From: an uncultured virus (IMG/VR IMGVR_UViG_3300047480_000789)
Taxonomy: Duplodnaviria > Heunggongvirae > Uroviricota > Caudoviricetes
Reading direction: 5' to 3' (one strand)
IMG/VR virus record: IMGVR_UViG_3300047480_000789
Length of the DNA: 64,000 bases
Positions 51,701 to 61,352 of the stretch are shown in pieces. Within the stretch, counting starts at the first letter, position 1; every line of letters begins with the position of its first letter. The notes beneath the pieces are model-generated. The model saw only the letters and a program-made list of their open reading frames with translations, was not told the origin of the DNA and did no database searches. Both the position numbers and the translations under genes were made by a program.

Positions 51701-52527
51701 CTTCTAATAACACCCGTTCTTTTTATCGCGTCTTCGTCATCGTCAGTAATTGATGAGGCTAATATTAAAGATATCGGTTCAATTTTGATACCTGTTTCCG
51801 ACATATCAAAATCACTTCTTGTAATTCCAATTTCACACATTTCCTCATTACCCCAAAATGGGTAAACTTGAATGGTCTTATCGTATGATATTATTTGTGG
51901 TAAACCATCAATATCCGTACTTGATTTAAATTTATAATATCTATCAAAATCATCAGCACCCCTACCTTTTTTAATAAAGTCGTATGGTCTTAATGAAAAA
52001 CAACCTATATCTGATAAATCAATATCTACGTGTAATGTTTGTTCACCAGTAGGTACTCCCCAAATCATAAAGTCACCAGACTCATTTGTTTTAACCGTAA
52101 ATCTATAATAACTCTCATAGACCTCTAATACTTCTTCTCTTGTTAAAATGTCAGATTGGTCAGGAAAAGTACCAACGGGGGTATGTCCACCGTGTTGTTG
52201 TCTTTTTGGTAATAAATTATAACGAATGTTATCATCATTTCTCATAGTTGTGTCCGTATATGGATACAATTTAGAAATAACCGGGTCATCTACGTCACTA
52301 TCTTTTTGTTTAACGAATATCGAAACTCTTACGTTTGGGATACCGAAACCGTCGTTAGCAGTAATTCTACCACAAACAACTCCATAATCAGAACACATCG
52401 ACGTATATATGTCTTGTTGTGAAAACTTTAAAGACAAAATTTCCAATACATCGAAATCTTGTTTCAATTCTACCGTAATCTTTTGGTCTTTACCAATATT
52501 TGTTGAAATTCTGTGTTTTTGAATCAT
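48772..52527 (-). CDS. Large putative structural protein with carboxypeptidase-regulatory-like domain and hydrophobic segment
   Basis: VVCGRIT...GIPNVRVSI...TNESGDFMIWGVPTG; hydrophobic LILSEIITFIQYIFAVVSLFVY. Confidence 0.55.
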   Translation of the reverse strand: MIQKHRISTNIGKDQKITVELKQDFDVLEILSLKFSQQDIYTSMCSDYGVVCGRITANDGFGIPNVRVSIFVKQKDSDVDDPVISKLYPYTDTTMRNDDNIRYNLLPKRQQHGGHTPVGTFPDQSDILTREEVLEVYESYYRFTVKTNESGDFMIWGVPTGEQTLHVDIDLSDIGCFSLRPYDFIKKGRGADDFDRYYKFKSSTDIDGLPQIISYDKTIQVYPFWGNEEMCEIGITRSDFDMSETGIKIEPISLILASSITDDDEDAIKRTGVIRRKSGYKCNLQTTTGKIECVRQTGRKVYGSDGVTLYPELQYYNITETIDENGTSMIVLPMNLEYVYTNQFGEQELTNDHNKGIPTTAIARFRFSLDADNVKTGTAKYLVPQIREFNDDLINGGNYYGEYEESFLTTYQFSNVFEDYLKIAPQSGMTFQAMGNSGTNQNTPTAIAWRKHKLDLMLGTNNNGIPEDVFYKFIFGKVYTPSSFQGSHYEVSAVESFLGLSRRDAFLGIKEIRPNAEDDCTGNANYIPTNFAFRNRIKFGLILSEIITFIQYIFAVVSLFVYESVGSALWFAGRSLRQIDLPFVGHALADFGRDSLSRPGLRMMEAGQMILPLTTYPDCEECTTDPDTGTPVVSNSFNVEQGCAKYDKFYDEPNNTHTYIWISGGTGYGSPLTPSNYAGGQDLDILKDWGANYRPNFKKGKPYYTGSPYTESLTSPGPQWTLASSVGGDLDTLRLPERCRIDGGDLLTFNKKTKSGLSEIRDGVVIIVPVIDGKNRNWTILKEWYRRKRVGINFCGGVTNYSFIDNWLHGMLYFFKFDKKIKWDNRTIRDLSQRGSKFPRELVFFNVLDETFYYRTTPYNPDAGFLGQVYRNNDNTVKYKEILHPTTFYDVGVRDEFLYEICQDPRIDPTCSVIRDITATSYQDPANIVEHAINYRMDTANGNFDVGDFFTGEGLGDNIGIIDGDITQLMSINCEVGIEAFDLDSPQYFLYNGELMDPEDPYFATYFKDINGNYGATPIDLKLDINGAFIRQCLNFRLGDYSQKVPFFLWDKGGEGFGPYNSNDDNQRWDRKEIASMKLQRLFSIGDKSSTTTNYVMKDGEEEYLLKPITINHNTFSFTGNTTNALERFEVVSLSAPTNTIEGLFDSNVATGYVEGDLWLHVQSGTTKDPLSGTTYVVLWNGTKQVWTAQSDSYVKDYRESFIFQTKLNYMGNKQVLSTPFLFYFGLRPQNSAVDLLIKYYGPKGAFKSSE

Positions 52528-52594
52528 TCTTATAATAAATAGAAACTAAGCGATTTTCTATTATTATAACTAAAAAACATTTTAAAATGTAGGG

Positions 52595-54427
52595 TTAAAA
52601 AGTACTACCGCCTAAAGTTTTAACTCTTATTTTAATGTCTTTATTTGGGTATCTAATTTGAAATATTTGATTGGATTTCATAAATACTACACTTTCAGAC
52701 TGTCTTATTTGTTTCGTGGTATTATCGATATAAGTTTGTGAGACTTCAGCAGATGAATAACCACTACCTGTTTTATTGAAAACTCTAATATCAATAACAT
52801 TCTCGACACCAGAAACAGTGCCAATTATTTTATTTAACGCACCCACAAATAACGGGTCACCCATTTTTCTCTTCTCAATTGCAAAGAAGTTAACCACATC
52901 TTCAATCACCGTCTTGATGATATCTGTTTGACTTTCATTTTTATTGATTGTCAAATCAATTTCCAATCCTAAATCAATAACCTCACCAGTAACGACGTCG
53001 ATATAATCATTAATCATTCTATATTCTGAAAGATAATTTAATATGTTATTTTTCAATGTGTTAGACACGACGTCGGTTAAATTACCACTTTCATCATATG
53101 ACAATAATTTAATACGAATCTTATTATCTTCTTCCATCACGTTAACTTTCGCAGGTGCACCATACGTTGATGGCATAGTTTCAATCAACGTTTTATAGTC
53201 ATTTAACGTAACTGCTCTATTTTGTGCCGAAAAATTATAAGAAACCATATTACGTATTTCTTCTATTGTTGGTTGGTCTGCCCCGCCAACTGCCGGTGTA
53301 ATATTAGTGACTCTTAATGAGTTCACTACTTGTGTATTTGTGGTTGAATTGGGTCCTGTTACATTAAATTCCACATCATCGACTGTTTGAATGACGTTTA
53401 CACCTAAATTCGAATCTTTACCACCACCAACACGATATTTGACAAATAATGTGGTATTTGTTTTTGGTATCGCACCCAATGACATATTATTTAAATAACT
53501 AGCAAGGTTTACTTTCATATCACCACTCATATAGTTATCTAAATTATCCAAAGGATTAACCGTTCCCGAACCGAATGTGATTGAAAAATAACTCTCAGGT
53601 GTATATTCTGTAACAAATTTATTATTAACATTTAAATAGGTTCCCGATTTAAAATTAGGTCTATCTTGTTCACCTGTTGGGTCGGGTATAAACACTTTAT
53701 CTTCAATTAAAGATTTAACTTCGTACCACTTATTAGTTGACGACGCAAATTCGTTACTTGTTGGGTTACCGGCAAACGTTGTACCATCTTTATGTATTAT
53801 ACTTGTCACACCTAAAACGTTTTGTTCGGGTAGGTAAAGTTTTAAAAATGGTTTTTGATCCACTTGATTTATTACTCTTCTGAAAATTTTAGTTGTTCCG
53901 TTAACCACCGCCTCTCTTTTAGTTATGGTATAGGATAACAATCTATTGTTACTATCAAAATTCGGTATTTTTAACCTATTCGTCTCACCTTTACTATTGT
54001 ACGGTAATGAGAAATCAATATCTTCAATCGTTTCAAATACTTGACCTCCGCCAGAAACTTGTGCACCTGCTTTTAATATACCTAAATAACGTAAATCCTC
54101 TTTATCACCACTAACAGGTACATTTATTGAGAAGTCACATAGTGCTACTGACGGTCTAACTCCTGGTAATCTAATACCGTAAGTTTTTGCAATATGAAAT
54201 AATGATTGTCTTTGTTGTGCAAAATCCAACATAGTCTCTTGCCAAACTCTATCGATATGAAAGTGTAAGTTATCAGCAACCGCAGCATTAATATCTAATA
54301 AGACTGAATAGATTGATGCGTCGTTAAAATTTTTAACCAAATCAGGATAATAATCCTTAGTTAAGTTAACTAATTCGTTTCTTAATCCCGCAAAATCTCT
54401 GGTTGCGTATGATATTTTCTTACTCAT
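52595..54427 (-). CDS. Baseplate wedge protein (T4 gp6 / baseplate J-like)
   Basis: RDFAGLRNEL, FHIAKTYG, ITFGSG, YRVGGG, GGAD and QNRAVTLNDY. Confidence 0.85.
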   Translation of the reverse strand: MSKKISYATRDFAGLRNELVNLTKDYYPDLVKNFNDASIYSVLLDINAAVADNLHFHIDRVWQETMLDFAQQRQSLFHIAKTYGIRLPGVRPSVALCDFSINVPVSGDKEDLRYLGILKAGAQVSGGGQVFETIEDIDFSLPYNSKGETNRLKIPNFDSNNRLLSYTITKREAVVNGTTKIFRRVINQVDQKPFLKLYLPEQNVLGVTSIIHKDGTTFAGNPTSNEFASSTNKWYEVKSLIEDKVFIPDPTGEQDRPNFKSGTYLNVNNKFVTEYTPESYFSITFGSGTVNPLDNLDNYMSGDMKVNLASYLNNMSLGAIPKTNTTLFVKYRVGGGKDSNLGVNVIQTVDDVEFNVTGPNSTTNTQVVNSLRVTNITPAVGGADQPTIEEIRNMVSYNFSAQNRAVTLNDYKTLIETMPSTYGAPAKVNVMEEDNKIRIKLLSYDESGNLTDVVSNTLKNNILNYLSEYRMINDYIDVVTGEVIDLGLEIDLTINKNESQTDIIKTVIEDVVNFFAIEKRKMGDPLFVGALNKIIGTVSGVENVIDIRVFNKTGSGYSSAEVSQTYIDNTTKQIRQSESVVFMKSNQIFQIRYPNKDIKIRVKTLGGSTF

Positions 54428-54428
54428 A

Positions 54429-54878
54429 TTATATGTTTATAATTACAAAATCGGATGATGAAAAGGCTCCGTTATTTACCGTATAATTTATTCTTACTTT
54501 AGCAGTATATGGTTTAGTTGAGTAGTCGGAGACCCTAAATAATCTCTCATCTTCCATTTGACTTATTGTTACATCTTGATTCGGGTCCTCTTCTGCTGAG
54601 ACAATATCTATAGAATTAATTTCTAAATTTGGTATGTATTTTTTCACACCTTCTCTTATCTCGTCCTCAATTAAACTAAAGGTCACCATATCGTTTTGGT
54701 CAAAAATATACTCATATATTCTGGTACCGAAATCGGGTAAAAAATATCTACTTCCTTTTTTTGTTAATAAAAGATGTATCAAATTAGCCCTAACTTCTCT
54801 TTCAGGTGTTTCAGTTAAACTAAGGTAGTCACCTTTTAAACTATCTCTAAATGGAAAATCTATACCATATGTTGTCAT
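54429..54878 (-). CDS. Baseplate gp25-like protein
   Basis: GIDFPF and NLIHLLLTKKGSRYFLPDFGT. Confidence 0.85.
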   Translation of the reverse strand: MTTYGIDFPFRDSLKGDYLSLTETPEREVRANLIHLLLTKKGSRYFLPDFGTRIYEYIFDQNDMVTFSLIEDEIREGVKKYIPNLEINSIDIVSAEEDPNQDVTISQMEDERLFRVSDYSTKPYTAKVRINYTVNNGAFSSSDFVIINI

Positions 54879-54916
54879 ACTCTATAAATATAAACTATTA
54901 TAAAATGGTAATAAAT

Positions 54917-54942
54917 AAAAAATCCCGACCAAAGTCAGGATT
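54917..54942 (-). terminator. Intrinsic terminator downstream of nrdA
   Basis: AATCCTGAC-TTTG-GTCGGGATT followed by T-run. Confidence 0.7.
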
Positions 54943-55040
54943 AATTAGTGTCTTGATATTCACCTCCTTTATTCTCGAGACCTGGAATCTAAAAGTACCA
55001 CTATCATAGGGATGTACTTTTAGGAGATCTTCCATTATTT

Positions 55041-57473
55041 TTATGAACCACAACCCTCACATTCGAATGGTGAATCTGTCGGTCTATCAGATGTCATCAC
55101 CAATTCTGGAGTTTGTTCACTTATTAAAGTATTATTTGTAGGTACTTCTACATTATTAACTGAAGATGTAATTTCGATAGGTTTAGTTGATGATGTGTCA
55201 ACACCTAACCCTTTCAACGCGTCAACAGCTGCTCTCGTTCTTAAATAATACATACCCGTTTTTAAACCTAACTTCCAACCAAATAAATGTGCGGCTAATA
55301 ATTTTGCCTTAGTTGCGTCAGCTATGAATAAATTCAACGACTGTGATTGATCAATAAAAATACTTCTATTTGCCGCCATTTGTAAAATTCTTTTTTGTGA
55401 CATTTCCCAAACAGTTTTATAGACCTCTTTTAATTGGGTAGGGATTTCAGGGATATTTTGGACTGATCCGTTTTCCATTATTAATTTCTTTTTAATGTCT
55501 TCGTTCCACATCCCAAGATTTAATAAATCATTAACTAAGTGTTTATTAATCATAATAAACTCACCACTCAAAGTACGACGAGAATATAAATTGGTAGTAA
55601 ATGGCTCAAATGCTTCGTTGTTACCTAAAATTTGAGCGGTGGATGCGGTGGGCATTGGTGCAACTAATAATGAATTTCTGATACCATAATCCTTTACTTC
55701 ATTTCTCAAAGTTTCCCAATCCCAACGACCAGATAAATCTGAATCTTTTTTACCCCACATTTCAAATTGAAAAATCCCTTTTTCAATTGGTGATCCGACA
55801 ATTGTTTCATACGGACCAACTTCTTTCGATAAATCTTTTGACGACGTTAATGCCGCAAAATAAATTGTCTCGAAAATATCGGTTTGTAATTTATCCGCTT
55901 CATCCGATTCAAATGGTAAACCTAATAAACAGAAAACATCCGCCAAACCTTGAATACCTAAACCAACTGGTCTGTGTTTGAAGTTTGAACGTTTTGTTTC
56001 TTCTGTTGGGTAGAAATTTAAATCAATAACATTATTTAAGTTTCTCACCACTTGGTATACTGAACTATATAATACGTCGTGTGAAAATTCTCCGTTTATA
56101 ATATATTTTGGTAACGCTAATGATGCTAAATTACAAACCGCTTGTTCGGTTGGTGAACTATATTCAATAATTTCAGTACATAAGTTTGATGACTTAATAG
56201 TACCTAAGTTTTTTTGATTTGATTTATAATTCGCAGGGTCTTTATATAACATATAAGGTGTACCTGTTTCAATTTGAGCTGTCAAAATGGCGTCCATTAA
56301 TTTTCTCGCTTTAACAACTTTTCTACCTAAACCTTGTTGTTCGTATGATTCATATAAACGAGTGAAGGCCTTATCTTCGGGACTGTCATATGCATCTGAT
56401 AAACCAGGCGCTTCATCCGGTGAGAATAATGTCCAATCACCATCTTGTTCAACTCGTTGCATAAACAAATCTGGAGTCCACATTGCTAAAAATAAATCTC
56501 GAGCCCTCATTTCTTCCTTACCGTGATTTTTTCTCAAATCAATAAAGTCATAAACATCAGCGTGCCACGGTTCAAGATAAATTGCAAATGAACCTTTTCG
56601 TTTACCTCCTTGATTAATCCAACGCGCAACTTCGTTATATGTTTTTAACATTGGTAACAAACCGTCAGATTCTCCACCTGTTCCCTTAATATAGGAACCT
56701 TTAGCACGAACATCGTGTACGTGTAATCCAATACCACCAGCCCATTTAGAAATCTTCGCAACATCACCAATTGTATCGAACAACCCTTCAATATCATCAC
56801 CTTTATTTCCAATTAAAAAACAAGATGACATTTGTGGTCTCTTAGTCCCCGCATTAAATAAAGTGGGTGTTGCGTGTGTATAAAAATGTTGTGATAAATC
56901 GTCATAAATTCTTAATGCCATCTCAACATCTCCTTTACAGATACCGACAGCAACCCTCATATAAAGATATTGTGGTCTTTCCACTATACGATTACCTATT
57001 TTCAATAAGTAAGAACGTTCTAACGTTTTAATACCGAAATAATCAAAATCTAAGTCTCTTTCTTGGTGTATTGCACCATCTAAGGCCTCTTTATTTGACA
57101 TTACAAAATTGTAGATTGACTCATCAATCAACGACGACTCTTTATTTGTTTTTGGTTCAATAAAAGAATAAAGTTCTTTAATCGATTGTGAAAACTTTTT
57201 TGGTGTCGTTTTATGTAAATTAGATACCGCTAATCTACCCGCTAATTTTGCGTAGTCAGGATGTGTTGTTACCATAGACGCCGCCGTTTCTGCAGCTAAA
57301 ACATCCAATTCAGTTGTTGTAATACCATCGTATATACCCTGTGTTACCTTCAAGGTAACATACGTAGGGTCAATATACTCCATATTTAAATCGTGACAAA
57401 GAACACTAATACGTTTAGTGATTTTATCATATCTCATTTCCTCAAGGGAACCATCTCTCTTTTTTACTTTCAT
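55041..57473 (-). CDS. nrdA: Ribonucleotide reductase class Ia alpha subunit with ATP cone
   Basis: VKKRDG, ATPTLFN, SSCF, SNLCTEI, TGMYYLR and C-terminal CEGC. Confidence 0.95.
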   Translation of the reverse strand: MKVKKRDGSLEEMRYDKITKRISVLCHDLNMEYIDPTYVTLKVTQGIYDGITTTELDVLAAETAASMVTTHPDYAKLAGRLAVSNLHKTTPKKFSQSIKELYSFIEPKTNKESSLIDESIYNFVMSNKEALDGAIHQERDLDFDYFGIKTLERSYLLKIGNRIVERPQYLYMRVAVGICKGDVEMALRIYDDLSQHFYTHATPTLFNAGTKRPQMSSCFLIGNKGDDIEGLFDTIGDVAKISKWAGGIGLHVHDVRAKGSYIKGTGGESDGLLPMLKTYNEVARWINQGGKRKGSFAIYLEPWHADVYDFIDLRKNHGKEEMRARDLFLAMWTPDLFMQRVEQDGDWTLFSPDEAPGLSDAYDSPEDKAFTRLYESYEQQGLGRKVVKARKLMDAILTAQIETGTPYMLYKDPANYKSNQKNLGTIKSSNLCTEIIEYSSPTEQAVCNLASLALPKYIINGEFSHDVLYSSVYQVVRNLNNVIDLNFYPTEETKRSNFKHRPVGLGIQGLADVFCLLGLPFESDEADKLQTDIFETIYFAALTSSKDLSKEVGPYETIVGSPIEKGIFQFEMWGKKDSDLSGRWDWETLRNEVKDYGIRNSLLVAPMPTASTAQILGNNEAFEPFTTNLYSRRTLSGEFIMINKHLVNDLLNLGMWNEDIKKKLIMENGSVQNIPEIPTQLKEVYKTVWEMSQKRILQMAANRSIFIDQSQSLNLFIADATKAKLLAAHLFGWKLGLKTGMYYLRTRAAVDALKGLGVDTSSTKPIEITSSVNNVEVPTNNTLISEQTPELVMTSDRPTDSPFECEGCGS

Positions 57474-57489
57474 TTTCTATTTTCTAATT

Positions 57490-58458
57490 TTAAAAATCTA
57501 CGTCACCAAATGCGGAATCTAAATCTTCAGATGCATTATTAACTCCGGCTTTTTGATATTCGGCAACTCTCTTTTCGAAGAAGTTTGTTTTACCTTGTAA
57601 TGCGATGTTTTGCATAAAGTCAAATGGGTTTTCTGAATTATACACTTTAGAACAACCCAAAGCAACTAATAATCTATCTGTGACGAATTCAAGATATTGT
57701 GCCATTAAATCTGAGTTCATACCAATTAAACGAACAGGTAACGCTTCAAGAATAAATTCTTTTTCAATTTCCAACGCCCCGCAGATAATTTCTTTAATTT
57801 TACTTTCACTTATCTTACCTTCAATATGGTTATTATAAATGTGACAAGCATAATCACAGTGCATCCCTTCGTCACGTGAAATTAATTCATTTGAAAATGT
57901 TAATCCCGGCATAAGACCTCTTTTCTTTAACCAAAAAATTGAACAGAATGAACCTGAGAAGAAAATACCTTCTACAGCAGCAAACGCTAATAAACGTTCA
58001 ACAAATGACTCTGAACCAATCCATTTTAATGCCCATTCGGCTTTCTTTTTAATAGCAGGAATCGTATCAATCGCATTAAACAGATGTGTTTGTTCTTCTC
58101 TATCCTTAACTAATGTATCGATTAATAATGAATACGTTTCACTGTGAATGTTTTCCATCATTATTTGAAATCCGTAAAAAAACTTGGCCTCGGTATATTG
58201 AACTTCATTTACGAAATTCATTGCTAAATTTTCATTTACAATTCCATCCGATGCGGCAAAGAACGCTAACACATTTTTAATGAAATGTTGTTCATCAGCA
58301 TTAAGTTTATTATCCCAATCGGAAATATCTTGACTTAAGTCAATTTCTTCCGCCGTCCAAAACGACGCCTCTGATTGTTTATAGAACTTCCACAAGTCGT
58401 GGTGTTCGATAGGGAATAGGACGAACCTATTAGGATTGTCTTGTAAAATTTTTTCCAT
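57490..58458 (-). CDS. nrdB: Ribonucleotide reductase class Ia beta subunit
   Basis: [30 protein letters not shown] and RDEGMH. Confidence 0.95.
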   Translation of the reverse strand: MEKILQDNPNRFVLFPIEHHDLWKFYKQSEASFWTAEEIDLSQDISDWDNKLNADEQHFIKNVLAFFAASDGIVNENLAMNFVNEVQYTEAKFFYGFQIMMENIHSETYSLLIDTLVKDREEQTHLFNAIDTIPAIKKKAEWALKWIGSESFVERLLAFAAVEGIFFSGSFCSIFWLKKRGLMPGLTFSNELISRDEGMHCDYACHIYNNHIEGKISESKIKEIICGALEIEKEFILEALPVRLIGMNSDLMAQYLEFVTDRLLVALGCSKVYNSENPFDFMQNIALQGKTNFFEKRVAEYQKAGVNNASEDLDSAFGDVDF

Positions 58459-58464
58459 TGTTTT

Positions 58465-59847
58465 TTATTGATTTTTGTTTGCTAATTCTTGTCTCTTTTT
58501 AAATGCTTCGGCCGCCCTATTAGCATTATTTTGTGTTCTTTGTTCTTCGTGACCTAATAACGTATTTTGAGATTCTGTGTCGATATTAAGAAGTCGATTA
58601 TCAAACTTACAGTTTTGCCAAATAATACCGTCTCTACCAATACGTGACTTAAGTAGTGTTAATGTTGCTAAGTTATGCTCTTTTTGTTCTAAAGTCTTAC
58701 CAATCGATAAAATAACGTGAGCAATTTGTGCCTTTTTAATCGATCCTCCCATTTGGTCTCCCGTTACAACCTCAGATGAGATTGATTCACGATTACCTTG
58801 TGTTGCGGTCCATATTGCCATATTAAACTCACTTGTCATTGATTCTAAGCTTCTCATAACTGAACCTTCACCTTTCCACTCTTCACCATTTGTTGATTTA
58901 TCAGATGATATACAATCAACATAATCCAACACTAATAAGTCAACTTTATACCCATTTTCTGAATTCATTTTTCTTAACTTATTTTTGATTTCAGAAACAG
59001 TTACGTTATCACTTGCTAGTTTTAAAAGTTTAATACTACCTGTTGATCTTTCCTGAGCCTCCATTACTTTTTTTGTAACCTCTTCTTTATGTTCAGGTTG
59101 ATCATCGGGTGCAATATCCGTCCAAATTGTAAAGTGTTTTCTTTTAATATTACCCGGATTATCTTCGAAGAAAATCTGAACAACATTGTACCCTAAATTA
59201 TATGCCGTATTTGCAAACTTTGTTAATAACGTAGTTTTACCAGTACCTGTTGGTGCTAAGACAATACCTAACTCACCAATACCTAATCCACCTTTTAATA
59301 CCTCATCAACCCCAACGATACCCGTTGCAATTGGTAATCTAAAATCTTTTTCTAAAGCCCCTTCGATATCGTGAAACACGTCAGTTGCCTCATCGTTTGA
59401 GATTCCAACTTGTAACGCCTTTTGAATGATTTCCTCAATTTTATTGTATGCTTCGAACTCACCGCTTTCAATAATACTATTCACATTCTTTAACTCTCTT
59501 TTTAAATTCTGTTGTTTACAGAAATTAAGTGCAGTATCTTTTACATATTCAGTTTGTGATTCGTTATCTTTAATTGCCTCTAAGGTATCTACGTGGACTT
59601 TGGAAGAATCTTTATTACCTCCCTCGGCCATAATTTTCTGTGCCAAGGTATTATAATCAGGTATTTTACTATAATTTTTGTAAAGTTCTTTAATGTTCTC
59701 CATAATAAATCTAAACGAATTATTTTCGAAAAACTTACTTTCCAATACATCGATGATAGTCTCACCGTACTTCTTGTCCTCAATAATCGCTTTAATAAGT
59801 GATTGTTGAAACGAAAACCCCAAATACCCAAAATTCCTTTCTTCCAT
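58465..59847 (-). CDS. Replicative DNA helicase (DnaB/gp41-like)
   Basis: APTGTGKT, LVLDYVD, WTATQGNR and LKSRIG. Confidence 0.9.
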   Translation of the reverse strand: MEERNFGYLGFSFQQSLIKAIIEDKKYGETIIDVLESKFFENNSFRFIMENIKELYKNYSKIPDYNTLAQKIMAEGGNKDSSKVHVDTLEAIKDNESQTEYVKDTALNFCKQQNLKRELKNVNSIIESGEFEAYNKIEEIIQKALQVGISNDEATDVFHDIEGALEKDFRLPIATGIVGVDEVLKGGLGIGELGIVLAPTGTGKTTLLTKFANTAYNLGYNVVQIFFEDNPGNIKRKHFTIWTDIAPDDQPEHKEEVTKKVMEAQERSTGSIKLLKLASDNVTVSEIKNKLRKMNSENGYKVDLLVLDYVDCISSDKSTNGEEWKGEGSVMRSLESMTSEFNMAIWTATQGNRESISSEVVTGDQMGGSIKKAQIAHVILSIGKTLEQKEHNLATLTLLKSRIGRDGIIWQNCKFDNRLLNIDTESQNTLLGHEEQRTQNNANRAAEAFKKRQELANKNQ

Positions 59848-59872
59848 TTTTATTTTTTAATATGTGTTAAAA

Positions 59873-60328
59873 TTACAATTCGTAGTTGAGATATGTTGTC
59901 TCTAACTCTTCTGAAGACAAAATGTCTGTTAAATCTGACAAAATTCTCTTCAACTTTGGACGAATATCGACCGTATATCTAACCTTTGGATGGTAGTAAT
60001 ATGCTGGAAATATCCTTTGAATAAATACGTCGTCGCCGAACTTAATTTCTAATAAAAAATGTTCTTTTAACTTATCATCTTCATCATCCACATTCTCGGT
60101 AGATAGAATATAATTTTGATTTTCACACAAATAGTTGGAACTTTTTATTTTCAAATCTTCACTAAGATCTTCACAAATATTTTTTAAATAATAGTGTAGA
60201 TCCATAGAACGACGTGCTTGTGGTACGTGGTCTCTAACATTAAAAAATCTTTGACATACGATGTGACCCTCTAATGATAATAGAAACTCAAACTTTGTGA
60301 TGTTGTCCTGGTTTTGGTAATTACTCAT
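59873..60328 (-). CDS. Hypothetical protein
   Basis: 151 aa in the replication operon. Confidence 0.7.
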   Translation of the reverse strand: MSNYQNQDNITKFEFLLSLEGHIVCQRFFNVRDHVPQARRSMDLHYYLKNICEDLSEDLKIKSSNYLCENQNYILSTENVDDEDDKLKEHFLLEIKFGDDVFIQRIFPAYYYHPKVRYTVDIRPKLKRILSDLTDILSSEELETTYLNYEL

Positions 60329-61343
60329 TGCTTTTAATTTTGATTGTTTTTGTTTTATTTTTTTCTTTTCTTGTTAATCTAAGGAATGGATTTAGGAACA
60401 TTGTCCAACGGTCGTCCGATTTTGGTAACGCCGTGAAGATTCCGTCCTCCATCATCATTCTCATAGTATTTTTATATGACCTACCTTCGGGGTCTAAATT
60501 TTCGTTGATTAATAAATCAATCCCTTCCTTTGCTTCGTCAGTTAAAAATGGATTATCTAAACTCACGATACGATTATTTACATCAAAAAATTCCTCACCA
60601 AATACACCGTGTTTTGTTACACCTGTAAGTAAATTAGCAATTAATTTGTTATGTTTGTCTTGTTCAAATAAAATATTACATTTGTCTTTAACTTGTTCAA
60701 TCGTAAGTTGTTGAGTTCTTAGTTCAGGAAATAACGATAAAAATCTTTTTACTCCCATTCCTCTTATACCGGCAATATTATCTGAAGAATCTCCACACAT
60801 CATCTTAACTAATCGAACATTCTCGATTAAGATTTCTTCGTGGTCATACACAATCGTATCGTTTTGTTTATATAGTTTTTGGTGTGAGGGATTAAAAATT
60901 TGAGTTGTCTCTGAAACAAGCTGAGTTAAATCACCGTCTGAAGAGTAAACTATTTTTCTTTCGTTTGGTGAATTCTGAGTATAGTAAGCGATGTTATCAT
61001 CAGTCTCACAATACTCATATTCCCCCTGTCTTACAAATAATTCCTCAAGATATTGTTTTATTCTATCTCTTTGATAGTTGTACGAATTTAATTCTTCTTC
61101 AGTTCTAATTCTTTGTTTTCTGTTTTCTTTATAATGTATATAAATTTTCTTTCTGGTTTGTGAACCTTCAAGACCATCCCAAAAAACAACAATCTTATCT
61201 AATTGGTAAGTCTCAAATGCCCTTCTAAGAGTATTAAGAAAATGATATATTCCTCCAATATGTTGCCCTCTATAGAACATATTCTTGACACCATAGAAAC
61301 CAATAGTAAGTAAATTATCACCATCAACAAGTAATACAGACAT
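60321..61343 (-). CDS. 5'-3' exonuclease / flap endonuclease (T4 RNase H-like)
   Basis: LLVDGDN, ETDD, SSDGDL and GDSSDNIAGIRGMGVK. Confidence 0.9.
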   Translation of the reverse strand: MSVLLVDGDNLLTIGFYGVKNMFYRGQHIGGIYHFLNTLRRAFETYQLDKIVVFWDGLEGSQTRKKIYIHYKENRKQRIRTEEELNSYNYQRDRIKQYLEELFVRQGEYEYCETDDNIAYYTQNSPNERKIVYSSDGDLTQLVSETTQIFNPSHQKLYKQNDTIVYDHEEILIENVRLVKMMCGDSSDNIAGIRGMGVKRFLSLFPELRTQQLTIEQVKDKCNILFEQDKHNKLIANLLTGVTKHGVFGEEFFDVNNRIVSLDNPFLTDEAKEGIDLLINENLDPEGRSYKNTMRMMMEDGIFTALPKSDDRWTMFLNPFLRLTRKEKNKTKTIKIKSNE

Positions 61344-61352
61344 TAAATTATA

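Noticed and set aside
54898..55035. 45-codon ORF MEDLLKVHPY... after nrdA
   Set aside because: Runs through the terminator and has no recognisable features; the RNA structure explains the region better, though coding is not excluded.
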